The position numbers and the translations under genes are program-made. Below the pieces are notes generated by a model. The model saw only the letters and a program-made list of their open reading frames with translations. It was not told the DNA's origin and searched no databases. 43,965 nucleotides of DNA from a virus (taxonomy: Duplodnaviria; Caudoviricetes): positions 1 through 43,965 of IMG/VR virus record IMGVR_UViG_3300017784_007369; one strand, written 5' to 3'. Positions 29,394-37,631 of this stretch are shown here, piece by piece (the first letter of the stretch is position 1; every line of letters begins with the position of its first letter).

Positions 29394-30154
29394 TGATAAG
29401 ATTAGGTGATATATTAAACGAAATTCTTTCTGAAAAAGAAGATAGATGCAAACGTATCGCTGATAGAAAATACGATAAGCCCTCTGCCTATAAATCAGGA
29501 GCGATAGTAAGATGCCGTCAGGGTAAGATCTGGAAAGATTTAAAAGAAGAAATTAAAGCAGAGGAAGCGCATAGAGATCAAGATGCTATACAGACCGTTA
29601 TAGATGGAAAGAGGGATTTAGGGTTTATAACTTTAAAATCTTCAACAATGCCTGAAGAAACTTTCTGGAATATTGTTGAAAAAAATAAATTAAAGACTCT
29701 AAAAGTACCATCTAATCCGTATAGAGCTTATATCTATTATACAGAAGGTGCAGAAGGTAAAGCTAGCGCATTAAAGGATATTGCTGAAAAGTATAACGGA
29801 TTTCTAGCATACGACGCTACAGAGGAAGATAGTATACAAATAGGACGTTTGTTAAGCTATAGAGAAGAAGACATAAAAGCTTATATCGAACATAATAAGA
29901 AACTGAGAGGGGAAGATATTTCAGAAGAAAAAGAATCATTACATAAATGGTTTTCAAGACAAGGCGGGGAAGGAAAATCTAGTGGATGGGTTGATTGCAA
30001 TACATGCAAAGAAGACCCTAAAACCGGTAGAAAGAAATGCAAGCCTTGCGGAAGACAAAAAGGAGAAGATAGAGCTAAATACCCTGCCTGCCGCCCAACT
30101 CCTTCTCAATGTTCAAGAAAAGGTAAGGGTAAGACTTGGGGAAAAACTAAATGA
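29393..30154 (+). CDS. Modular hypothetical protein with MIRLGDILNE leader
   Basis: Leader, then RC...PSAYKSGAIVRCR module, middle domain, and Cys-rich basic ESLHKWF...GWVDC module. Confidence 0.6.
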   Translation: MIRLGDILNEILSEKEDRCKRIADRKYDKPSAYKSGAIVRCRQGKIWKDLKEEIKAEEAHRDQDAIQTVIDGKRDLGFITLKSSTMPEETFWNIVEKNKLKTLKVPSNPYRAYIYYTEGAEGKASALKDIAEKYNGFLAYDATEEDSIQIGRLLSYREEDIKAYIEHNKKLRGEDISEEKESLHKWFSRQGGEGKSSGWVDCNTCKEDPKTGRKKCKPCGRQKGEDRAKYPACRPTPSQCSRKGKGKTWGKTK

Positions 30155-30204
30155 TAAAACTAGGAGATTTAATTAACGAAGAGTTAATAAAAGATAAAAA
30201 ATAA
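30151..30204 (+). CDS. Orphan leader mini-ORF MIKLGDLINEELIKDKK (17 aa)
   Basis: ATGA overlap with the upstream stop; matches the leader consensus; TAA at 30202-30204. Confidence 0.55.
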   Translation: MIKLGDLINEELIKDKK

Positions 30205-30205
30205 A

Positions 30206-30559
30206 ATGAAAAAACAAATATTAAGCGAAGAATTTAGCAGAATGCAAAAACTAGCCGGTATTATTAGTGAAAATAATTATGATTTTAATTTGAAAGCTGC
30301 AAAAGATCCTAATGCTGTTTTTGGTCTATATAGATATAGTGATGATGAAAAAGCATATTTTCAAGATGTAATAAATTTATTAACCGATCGATCTGACTTT
30401 AATACAAAATTACCAAATTATAATTTAACCGACTTAGTTGAAAAACTAAACGATAGCATTAAGCCAGACGAATTATGGCAAGCATTATCTAGAGCTTATA
30501 AAAGAAATATAATACCTATTAAAGCTGCTAATATTTTATTTAATAATATAAAAAAATGA
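30206..30559 (+). CDS. Hypothetical protein with MKKQILSEEFSRMQKLAGI leader
   Basis: Leader shared with ORF 32981. Confidence 0.65.
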   Translation: MKKQILSEEFSRMQKLAGIISENNYDFNLKAAKDPNAVFGLYRYSDDEKAYFQDVINLLTDRSDFNTKLPNYNLTDLVEKLNDSIKPDELWQALSRAYKRNIIPIKAANILFNNIKK

Positions 30560-30873
30560 TAAAATTAACAGATATATTAAAAGAAGTAAAAGAAACGTTT
30601 GAAAATTTCGCTAGTACTAGATTAAAAGGTGCTGAAAAAATTGCTGATACTACTCAAGAGGCTGGTGGATTATCTTTATTAACTTATAAACATTACAAAG
30701 TTAAATTACCATACTATAAAAAAGCAGCTGCAGGTAAATTCGACCCGGAAGAAGCTAAAAAAGAATTTCAAGAAACTTTAAAAAGTATATCATTAGATAT
30801 GACTCAAACCGGATTTCAAATAGAAGTTGGACGTTTAGAAGTATTAGGTGAACTACTTATAGAAAACAAATAA
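30556..30873 (+). CDS. Hypothetical protein with MIKLTDILKE leader
   Basis: Leader consensus; ATGA and TAATG coupling. Confidence 0.65.
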   Translation: MIKLTDILKEVKETFENFASTRLKGAEKIADTTQEAGGLSLLTYKHYKVKLPYYKKAAAGKFDPEEAKKEFQETLKSISLDMTQTGFQIEVGRLEVLGELLIENK

Positions 30874-31643
30874 TGATAAAATTAGCCGACCTAATATCGG
30901 AGATTATGTTAGCGGAACAGATGGTTCAATCTGACGCATGGAAAGCTATACAAAAAACACTCGATATTCTTAATAAAAAAAATAAAGTATTATTACTAGC
31001 CTGTTCTAATAGATATAATTGGGATAAAAATAATATAGATGTTCCAAAATCTACAATTATAGCAATGTATCTTAAAGAACAATTAGGAGATAAAGCAGTT
31101 CTAATAGATATACCGGAGTTAAATATAGTTCCTTGTGAAGGAAACGTTTCAAGAAAAGATGGAAATACTTGCGGGGTACTAAAATCAATGCTTAAAGATA
31201 AAAGTAAAAATCCATCCGGAAATCATAGATGCTGGGCAAGCTTTAATAACCCGGATGATGAATTATGGAAAGTATCTAAAGAATTATTTGAATCAGATTC
31301 AGTTATATTCTTTAGTTCAGTAAGATGGGGACAAACTAATATGTACTATCAAAATCTAATCGAAAGATTAACTTGGATAGAAAATAGACATACAAATCTA
31401 GGTGAATCTAATTTAGTTAAAAATATTGAAACAGGATTTATCTGCGTTGGTCAGAATTGGAACGGTGAAGAGGTTAGTGAAACACAGAAGAAAGTACACG
31501 AGTTTTACGGATTTAAACCTAATGACGATTTATATTGGAATTGGCAGTATACAAAAGATGTATATGACGAGTCTAAGGAATCATATAAAAAGGCCTATTC
31601 TAAATTTATAAAAGATACCAAAATACCTGTTAATAATGATTAA
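30873..31643 (+). CDS. Flavodoxin-like / NADPH-dependent FMN reductase (iron-sulfur flavoprotein-like) with leader
   Basis: KVLLLACSNR...KST...LNIVPCEG...C...C...DDELW....LFESDSVIFFSSVRWG......LIERL. Confidence 0.7.
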   Translation: MIKLADLISEIMLAEQMVQSDAWKAIQKTLDILNKKNKVLLLACSNRYNWDKNNIDVPKSTIIAMYLKEQLGDKAVLIDIPELNIVPCEGNVSRKDGNTCGVLKSMLKDKSKNPSGNHRCWASFNNPDDELWKVSKELFESDSVIFFSSVRWGQTNMYYQNLIERLTWIENRHTNLGESNLVKNIETGFICVGQNWNGEEVSETQKKVHEFYGFKPNDDLYWNWQYTKDVYDESKESYKKAYSKFIKDTKIPVNND

Positions 31644-32718
31644 ATTAATTGATATATTAAAAGAAGTATCTGGCGGATTAATCGGTCCTTTCTTTCATGA
31701 AACCAGTAAAGAAAACGTGAAAGGCATTGTATATAATGGTTTAGAGCCAAGAGGAGGTAGTAATTCATACGATGCCGTATCTATATCACCAGCAAGTCCT
31801 TCACAAATGTATGGAGATACAGTTGTAGAAGTTTATCTTACCACCCATCAATTTATTAGAGCTATAAAAGATACTTATAATACAATGTCTGCTGATTTAC
31901 ATATGTTAGATAAAAAAGATGTAAAGTTAATGGAGAAATTAATTGATAACTCTATTACTAATGATGAATATCAAGAATTATTACATAGAGCATTACATAA
32001 TGAAGGCTTTGCTTCAGGAGAGATATTAGTAAGAGAATATATTCCACCATCACAAATTAAAGCACCAGATCTTAACGAAGAATCAAAAGGTCTTTGGTAT
32101 TATATTAATCGCAAGAAGAAATTAGGAATAAAATCTACACCTAAAAATTCCAAAGAGTATAAAGCTGCTGTAAAAGCAGGTAAAGGACTATCTAATGAAG
32201 GAATAGATAAAATTAAATATACAGAGCCTAACTTCGAATATGAATGGAAAGAAGCACTTAGATATCCAGAATTCGAAGAAATGGGTAAAGAGGAATGGAT
32301 AAAAACAGCAGAAAAAGGAAATATAATAAATTATTCTCAAATAAAAGATAATTTAGGAAATGTTAATTTAGATTTTAAAAAATTAGAAGAACCTAAAAAG
32401 AAGCGTTTTATATCTGCTTTTAATAAAGGAATAATCGAAATGCCAATAGCAGTTAAATTTTCAGATAATGATTATGATCTAGTTGCAGGAAATACAAGAA
32501 TATCGGGATTAGTTAAAAACGGAATCGATCCAAAAATATGGATAGTAGATATTAGTAATATTCAAGAAGGAATCGATGATCCTGTAGAACCAGGTATCTT
32601 AAAAAAAAGATTAGGTAAGCTATCTTGTACTAGAGTTAAGGCTGAAAAGGCAAAATTAAAAGATAAAGGTACTCACTACGCAAAAGCACTACAAAGATAT
32701 ATAAACTATCACTGTTAA
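31636..32718 (+). CDS. Multidomain protein: leader + ADP-ribosyltransferase-like domain + basic module + ParB/Srx-like domain + basic module
   Basis: FHETSKENVKGIVYNGLEP...SISP...YGDTVVEV...EILV...IPPSQI; MPIAVK....YDLVAGNTR; LNE/SNE/IQE at junctions. Confidence 0.55.
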   Translation: MIKLIDILKEVSGGLIGPFFHETSKENVKGIVYNGLEPRGGSNSYDAVSISPASPSQMYGDTVVEVYLTTHQFIRAIKDTYNTMSADLHMLDKKDVKLMEKLIDNSITNDEYQELLHRALHNEGFASGEILVREYIPPSQIKAPDLNEESKGLWYYINRKKKLGIKSTPKNSKEYKAAVKAGKGLSNEGIDKIKYTEPNFEYEWKEALRYPEFEEMGKEEWIKTAEKGNIINYSQIKDNLGNVNLDFKKLEEPKKKRFISAFNKGIIEMPIAVKFSDNDYDLVAGNTRISGLVKNGIDPKIWIVDISNIQEGIDDPVEPGILKKRLGKLSCTRVKAEKAKLKDKGTHYAKALQRYINYHC

Positions 32719-32723
32719 TAATA

Positions 32724-32984
32724 ATGAATCCATATAAAGATTTAGAAGTTACAGATTTTTACATAATAAGAGAATTTTCTCAAGATATAGATCCAATAGA
32801 ATTAAAGTGGCACAGGGATAATGAAGATCGAATATTGGAAATTCAAGGCAATACTGACTGGAAGATCCAGCTAGAGAATAATCTACCATTATCTATCAAT
32901 CAACCGATATTTATACCTAGAGGATCATACCATAGAGTTATAAAAGGTACTAATAACTTGAAATTAAAAATATATAAAAAATGA
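32724..32984 (+). CDS. Small cupin-fold protein
   Basis: WHRDNEDR...IFIPRGSYHRVIKG. Confidence 0.65.
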   Translation: MNPYKDLEVTDFYIIREFSQDIDPIELKWHRDNEDRILEIQGNTDWKIQLENNLPLSINQPIFIPRGSYHRVIKGTNNLKLKIYKK

Positions 32985-33391
32985 AAAAACAATTAATTAA
33001 CGAAGCATTTAGACTTCAGCAGCTAGCAGGTATTATGCCTATTAATTCTTTAAATGAAAAATTAGATGCTGTTGGACATGAAGATTCTGATGTCAATAAC
33101 GATGGATATAAAGATGAAAGTGATAAATATATACTTAATCATCGTAAAGTTATTAGTAAAAATATAAGTGAAGGTGAAGATCATGAAGTAGCAATGGCTC
33201 AAGCAAGTCTAAAAGCTATTATTAGTTCAGCTTCTCAATTAATGAATAAAATAGGTCAGGAAGAAATTAACATACCCGCCTGGATCCAGGATCACATTAC
33301 CAATTCTGAAAACTATATCGAACAAGCCAATCAAGGATATCATCAATTATGTGATAAAGGAGAAGAAGGTGTTGAAGTATCTATAATGTAA
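32981..33391 (+). CDS. Hypothetical protein with MKKQLINEAFRLQQLAGI leader and EF-hand-like module
   Basis: LNE then KLDAVGHEDSDVNNDG..DESDKY; ISE then GEDHEVAMA...PAWIQDHIT. Confidence 0.6.
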   Translation: MKKQLINEAFRLQQLAGIMPINSLNEKLDAVGHEDSDVNNDGYKDESDKYILNHRKVISKNISEGEDHEVAMAQASLKAIISSASQLMNKIGQEEINIPAWIQDHITNSENYIEQANQGYHQLCDKGEEGVEVSIM

Positions 33392-33394
33392 AGA

Positions 33395-33880
33395 ATGAAA
33401 AATAAAGAAGTATTAAGGTATATTATTAAAGAAGAAGTAAATAGGTTCCTAAAAGAACAAGACGAGCAGGTACGTATTACTTTTGAAACTAATCCCTTAG
33501 AGTATATACTAATAAAATATCCAACACTTCAAAAAACATTAGTAAGCCTAATGTCAGATGCATTTAAAGACTATCTGACAGGAGTATATATAATGGCTCC
33601 TAAGCCGACTACATTTAAAATATTATTACATAACGGTCAATATTTTTACCTAACATATCTAGGTAAAGCATATGAATGCGAAGTATCCGGTAGAAAGTAT
33701 TATTTAATGGGTATTGGAGAAAAACAACGAGCAATATTAGCTATAGCTAATTTATTAAAACTAGGAAGACCATCCTCAAGTGAAGGACCTTCAAGTGAAA
33801 TATCGGCTGGAGAAGAAGCTACATCTCCTGCAGCAGAAACTCCACCTTCTCAAGCTGAAGAAGAGAAAACTGAATCATAA
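33395..33880 (+). CDS. Hypothetical protein with LRYIIKEEV..FLKE leader
   Basis: 161-aa ORF with an acidic, disordered C-terminus. Confidence 0.6.
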   Translation: MKNKEVLRYIIKEEVNRFLKEQDEQVRITFETNPLEYILIKYPTLQKTLVSLMSDAFKDYLTGVYIMAPKPTTFKILLHNGQYFYLTYLGKAYECEVSGRKYYLMGIGEKQRAILAIANLLKLGRPSSSEGPSSEISAGEEATSPAAETPPSQAEEEKTES

Positions 33881-33921
33881 GTTGATTAATTGAGATATTA
33901 TAGTTATTATTAGCTACTGAA

Positions 33922-34848
33922 ATGATAAAATTGAGTAATATATTAAAAGAAGTTATGGAGAAAGAAGAGCAGTATAATGATAATACTGAATCTACTTATG
34001 ATAAAGTTATAAAAGATGCTTTAAAAGTCGATCAAATACCATTAGTACAAGGAAAGTATAAATTAGGAGATAATAAAAGCCCGCAAGGTCCTGATTTAGA
34101 AACATTCATTAAATTATATAAAGTATCTCCACCTATATCAGGAAAAGAAGTAGGATCAGCAGGTACAAAAGGTTCAGGGAACGGAGAAATAGCTCTTTAT
34201 TGGTTATTTAAATATCAAACCCCAAGCATCCCAGCTAGAGATTCACGAGGATCAGATAATCCGGATCTAATAATAGATGGACATGGAGTTGAAGTTAAAT
34301 CAATGGAAAGCAATGATCTAGCTTTAGGTAGATTCGGTCATGAAGAATATAAAGAAAATATATTATTACTAAATGATATATTTAGTTTATACGCCTTATC
34401 ATCAGTAATAGCTCACAAAAAACCTAGAATTCCTACAGTTAGTAATTTTAATCAAAACGAATTAAAAGAAGCTTTAAAAAGCGTTATAGAATTATATAAT
34501 GATGAAAAATTAAAAGAGCTTAAAGATTCATTTCCTATTATCGGAAATATATATAAAAAGACTGAAATTATTTTTAATAAACTATCATTAGAAGGTAATT
34601 TTGATGAAGTAGAAGCAGGCGGGGCAGTACTTAAAAGGCTTTTAACTACTAAACTAACACGTAAATTAAATCTTAATTCTAAAGCACCAGGGTATATTGT
34701 TAACATCAGCTCTTCAGGAGATATAAAATATTATAGAGTTACTATAGAAATGTTAGAAAATCTGGATAATAAAAAAATTATGGACGGTAATAATGTAACC
34801 GCTCAGCAATCATTCTTATATATTAAACCACAAAATCTTTTTAAATAA
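33922..34848 (+). CDS. Putative PD-(D/E)XK nuclease with MIKLSNILKE leader
   Basis: GNGEIAL...DNPDLIIDGHGVEVKS (E...PD...EVK). Confidence 0.5.
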   Translation: MIKLSNILKEVMEKEEQYNDNTESTYDKVIKDALKVDQIPLVQGKYKLGDNKSPQGPDLETFIKLYKVSPPISGKEVGSAGTKGSGNGEIALYWLFKYQTPSIPARDSRGSDNPDLIIDGHGVEVKSMESNDLALGRFGHEEYKENILLLNDIFSLYALSSVIAHKKPRIPTVSNFNQNELKEALKSVIELYNDEKLKELKDSFPIIGNIYKKTEIIFNKLSLEGNFDEVEAGGAVLKRLLTTKLTRKLNLNSKAPGYIVNISSSGDIKYYRVTIEMLENLDNKKIMDGNNVTAQQSFLYIKPQNLFK

Positions 34849-34851
34849 TAG

Positions 34852-34882
34852 TTGTAACTTCCATTTATATTACCTATATTTA
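34852..34882 (+). promoter_or_regulatory. Putative Bacteroidota-type promoter TTG-N20-TATATTTA
   Basis: TTG 34852-34854 and TATATTTA 34875-34882. Confidence 0.55.
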
Positions 34883-34902
34883 GGTTTAAATAAAATATAA
34901 TT

Positions 34903-35154
34903 ATGGCTAAAGCAAATTCTAATCGATACAGAACGTTCAATACTCCAGAAGGAAAACAAATAAGTATCTTTACTCCGACAAACAGTCAACCTCAGTTTCA
35001 CTCACTAGACGGACCTGCAATTAAATATCCTAGATCAATAAAAAAACCAGATGAGTATTTTATATACGGTATACGGTATACAAAAGAAAAATGGTTAGAG
35101 TTAAAAAATGACGTTAAGGTAACGACTAATCCATTTCCTACAGATAACGTTTAA
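34903..35154 (+). CDS. Hypothetical protein with HxxDGPA motif
   Basis: FHSLDGPAI...EYFIYG..YTKEKW. Confidence 0.6.
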   Translation: MAKANSNRYRTFNTPEGKQISIFTPTNSQPQFHSLDGPAIKYPRSIKKPDEYFIYGIRYTKEKWLELKNDVKVTTNPFPTDNV

Positions 35155-35167
35155 TTACATTTTTATG

Positions 35168-35190
35168 ATATTTATTATAAAATATTTATT
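35168..35190 (+). promoter_or_regulatory. Tandem late-promoter-like motifs (2x ATATTTATT)
   Basis: Copies at 35168-35176 and 35182-35190. Confidence 0.5.
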
Positions 35191-35970
35191 ATGGAATTTA
35201 ACTACAAGCAATTCTTAACCGAAAACAAACTTACCCCTCAATCCAGAGTTAAATCATTATTTGAAAGAGATCAGTCAGATGAACATGAATCAAACAGTGG
35301 AAAAATAAACGAAAAACAATCTGTTATAGTAAACGGTAAACCAGTTGATGTTAATTCAATTGAAATAGATGGTGTAGAAATGTACGACTATCCAGACTTC
35401 TCTGACGCCTATGTAATTAATGCTACATTTGAAGTTAGAGTAGGAGACCAGTATGGAATCGATTTGACAGATACTGAATTAGAAGAACTGCAGGAAGAAT
35501 ATCCAGACTTAGTTCATGAATTAGCACATGAATCGATTCAAGAAGGAAAAGAAGAAGATGATGATGAATTTCAAGATGAGCCTACATCAAAAGATATTAA
35601 ACCTAGTAAAAGCACCGATAATTTAGCTGAAAAACAATATCGATTAGCTTCATTATTAAAGCGTAAAGATGAATTAGTATCTAAATTTAAGTATAATGAA
35701 ATTAATTTCGATCAATATAAACAAATGATTGGTAATATTCCTCAGCAAATAATAACTCTTAAAGCAGATATTGAGAAATTAGAAGCTGGAGAATTAAATG
35801 AAGCAGATAATTATGAAAACTTAACTTTAAAAATGAGTAAGTTTGCAGAAGCTCTTGATAAATACGAAGAACATCAACTAAAAACTATGTTAGTAGAGTT
35901 AGCGTGGAAAGAAACAACAATTGAAAAACTAATAGATTCAGTACTTGAATTCGAAAATATAAATAATTAA
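35191..35970 (+). CDS. Modular acidic hypothetical protein
   Basis: FLTE/INE/IQE/LNE sites bounding modules, including IEIDGV..YDYPDFSDAYV. Confidence 0.6.
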   Translation: MEFNYKQFLTENKLTPQSRVKSLFERDQSDEHESNSGKINEKQSVIVNGKPVDVNSIEIDGVEMYDYPDFSDAYVINATFEVRVGDQYGIDLTDTELEELQEEYPDLVHELAHESIQEGKEEDDDEFQDEPTSKDIKPSKSTDNLAEKQYRLASLLKRKDELVSKFKYNEINFDQYKQMIGNIPQQIITLKADIEKLEAGELNEADNYENLTLKMSKFAEALDKYEEHQLKTMLVELAWKETTIEKLIDSVLEFENINN

Positions 35971-35975
35971 AATTA

Positions 35976-35993
35976 TGAGTTAATATTAACTCA
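35976..35993. promoter_or_regulatory. Perfect 18-bp palindrome TGAGTTAATATTAACTCA
   Basis: Self-reverse-complementary; ends 10 nt upstream of the terminase ATG. Confidence 0.6.
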
Positions 35994-36003
35994 AATAAAA
36001 GTT

Positions 36004-37611
36004 ATGGAGCAGGATAATAAATCCAATCCGAATAATATAAAACAAGCAATTAAGCAGGAATTCATCAAGTGTGCGACGGATCCTGCTTATTTTATGCGCA
36101 AATATTACATGATCCAGCACCCCAAAAGGGGAAGGATACAGTTCGCATTATACCCATTCCAAGAAAAAGTATTAAAATTATTACAGAATAATGAATATAC
36201 TATAACTAACAAATCAAGACAGTTAGGTATATCAACATTAGTTTCTGCATATTCACTATGGTTAATGCTTTTCCATAGAGATAAAAACGTATTAGCAATT
36301 GCTACTAAGCAAGAAACAGCTAAAAATATTGTAACTAAGATTAGATTTGCATACCAATCATTACCAACCTGGCTAAAAATAAAAACAGTTGAAGATAATA
36401 GATTAAGTTTAAGGCTAGCTAATGGGTCACAAGTAAAAGCTGTCGCAGCATCACCAGATGCAGGCCGATCTGAAGCTGTATCATTATTAATACTAGATGA
36501 AGCAGCTTTTATTGAAAATATTGATGTAATATTTACAGCCGCTCAGCAAACATTAGCAACAGGAGGTCAATGTATTGCTGTTTCTACACCAAACGGTACA
36601 GGAAACTGGTTCCATAAAACTTTCTCAGCAGCACAGCTAGGAGATAATAAATTTATTCCAATATCACTACCATGGACTGTTCACCCGGAAAGAAATCAAA
36701 CATGGAGAGATGAACAAAATACAATATTAGGAGTAAGAGCAGCCGCTCAGGAGTGTGATTGCAATTTTTCTACATCTGGAGAAACAGTAATAGAGCCAGA
36801 TATATTAAATTGGATAGAGAGTACTACAATAGAAGACCCTGTTGAAAAAAGAGGAATGGATGGAAACTTATGGGTATGGGAATCTGTTGATTATAATAAA
36901 AATTATGCAGTAATAGCTGATGTTGCAAGAGGAGACGGAAAAGATTATTCTGCATTTCATATTATAGATATTGAGTCAAATACACAAGTATGTGAGTATA
37001 AAGGTCAAATAGGTACAAGAGATTACGGTAACTTATTAGTAGGAATTTCAACAGAATATAATGACGCTTTATTAGTTATAGAGAATAATAACATCGGATG
37101 GGATGTTGTCCAAACAGCAATTGAAAGAGGGTATAGAAACCTGTATTACTCACCATCATCAGATATAGCATTAACAAATGTGGAGATGTATCTCAATAAA
37201 TTTAATTCCGGAAACGGTATGATTCCTGGCTTTTGTACAAATTTAAAAACAAGACCTCTTGTTATTTCGAAATTAATTTCTTATCTTAATGAAAGGTCTT
37301 TAACAATAAAGTCTAAAAGAACATTATCAGAACTAAGAACCTTTATTTGGAAAAACGGCAGGGCTCAGGCTATGGATTCGTATAATGATGATCTAGTCAT
37401 ACCTCTATCAATAGCAATGTTCTTAAGAGATACGGCTTTAAAATTTATGCAGACAGGTGAAGATTTAGCACGAGCTTCACTAAATGGAATGGGTAAAACA
37501 GGTAATAATGGTGGGTTTCAAATTTATAGTCCTAGTGATTATGGAGGTCAGAATCCATGGAATCAAACTAATATTTACGGCCAACAAGAAGATATTAGTT
37601 GGTTAATATAA
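36004..37611 (+). CDS. terL: Terminase large subunit (T4 gp17-like)
   Basis: YPFQ, KSRQLGIST (Walker A), LLILDEAAF (Walker B), STPNG, ADVARGDGKDYS, NDDLV. Confidence 0.95.
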   Translation: MEQDNKSNPNNIKQAIKQEFIKCATDPAYFMRKYYMIQHPKRGRIQFALYPFQEKVLKLLQNNEYTITNKSRQLGISTLVSAYSLWLMLFHRDKNVLAIATKQETAKNIVTKIRFAYQSLPTWLKIKTVEDNRLSLRLANGSQVKAVAASPDAGRSEAVSLLILDEAAFIENIDVIFTAAQQTLATGGQCIAVSTPNGTGNWFHKTFSAAQLGDNKFIPISLPWTVHPERNQTWRDEQNTILGVRAAAQECDCNFSTSGETVIEPDILNWIESTTIEDPVEKRGMDGNLWVWESVDYNKNYAVIADVARGDGKDYSAFHIIDIESNTQVCEYKGQIGTRDYGNLLVGISTEYNDALLVIENNNIGWDVVQTAIERGYRNLYYSPSSDIALTNVEMYLNKFNSGNGMIPGFCTNLKTRPLVISKLISYLNERSLTIKSKRTLSELRTFIWKNGRAQAMDSYNDDLVIPLSIAMFLRDTALKFMQTGEDLARASLNGMGKTGNNGGFQIYSPSDYGGQNPWNQTNIYGQQEDISWLI

Positions 37612-37612
37612 T

Positions 37613-37627
37613 ATATTTATATTTATA
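37613..37627 (+). promoter_or_regulatory. Overlapping late-promoter-like motifs ATATTTATA
   Basis: Upstream of the portal gene. Confidence 0.55.
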
Positions 37628-37631
37628 ACAA

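Noticed and set aside
29982-31611. Nested + strand ORFs 29982-30176 and 31426-31611
   Set aside because: Out-of-frame overlaps with better-supported genes
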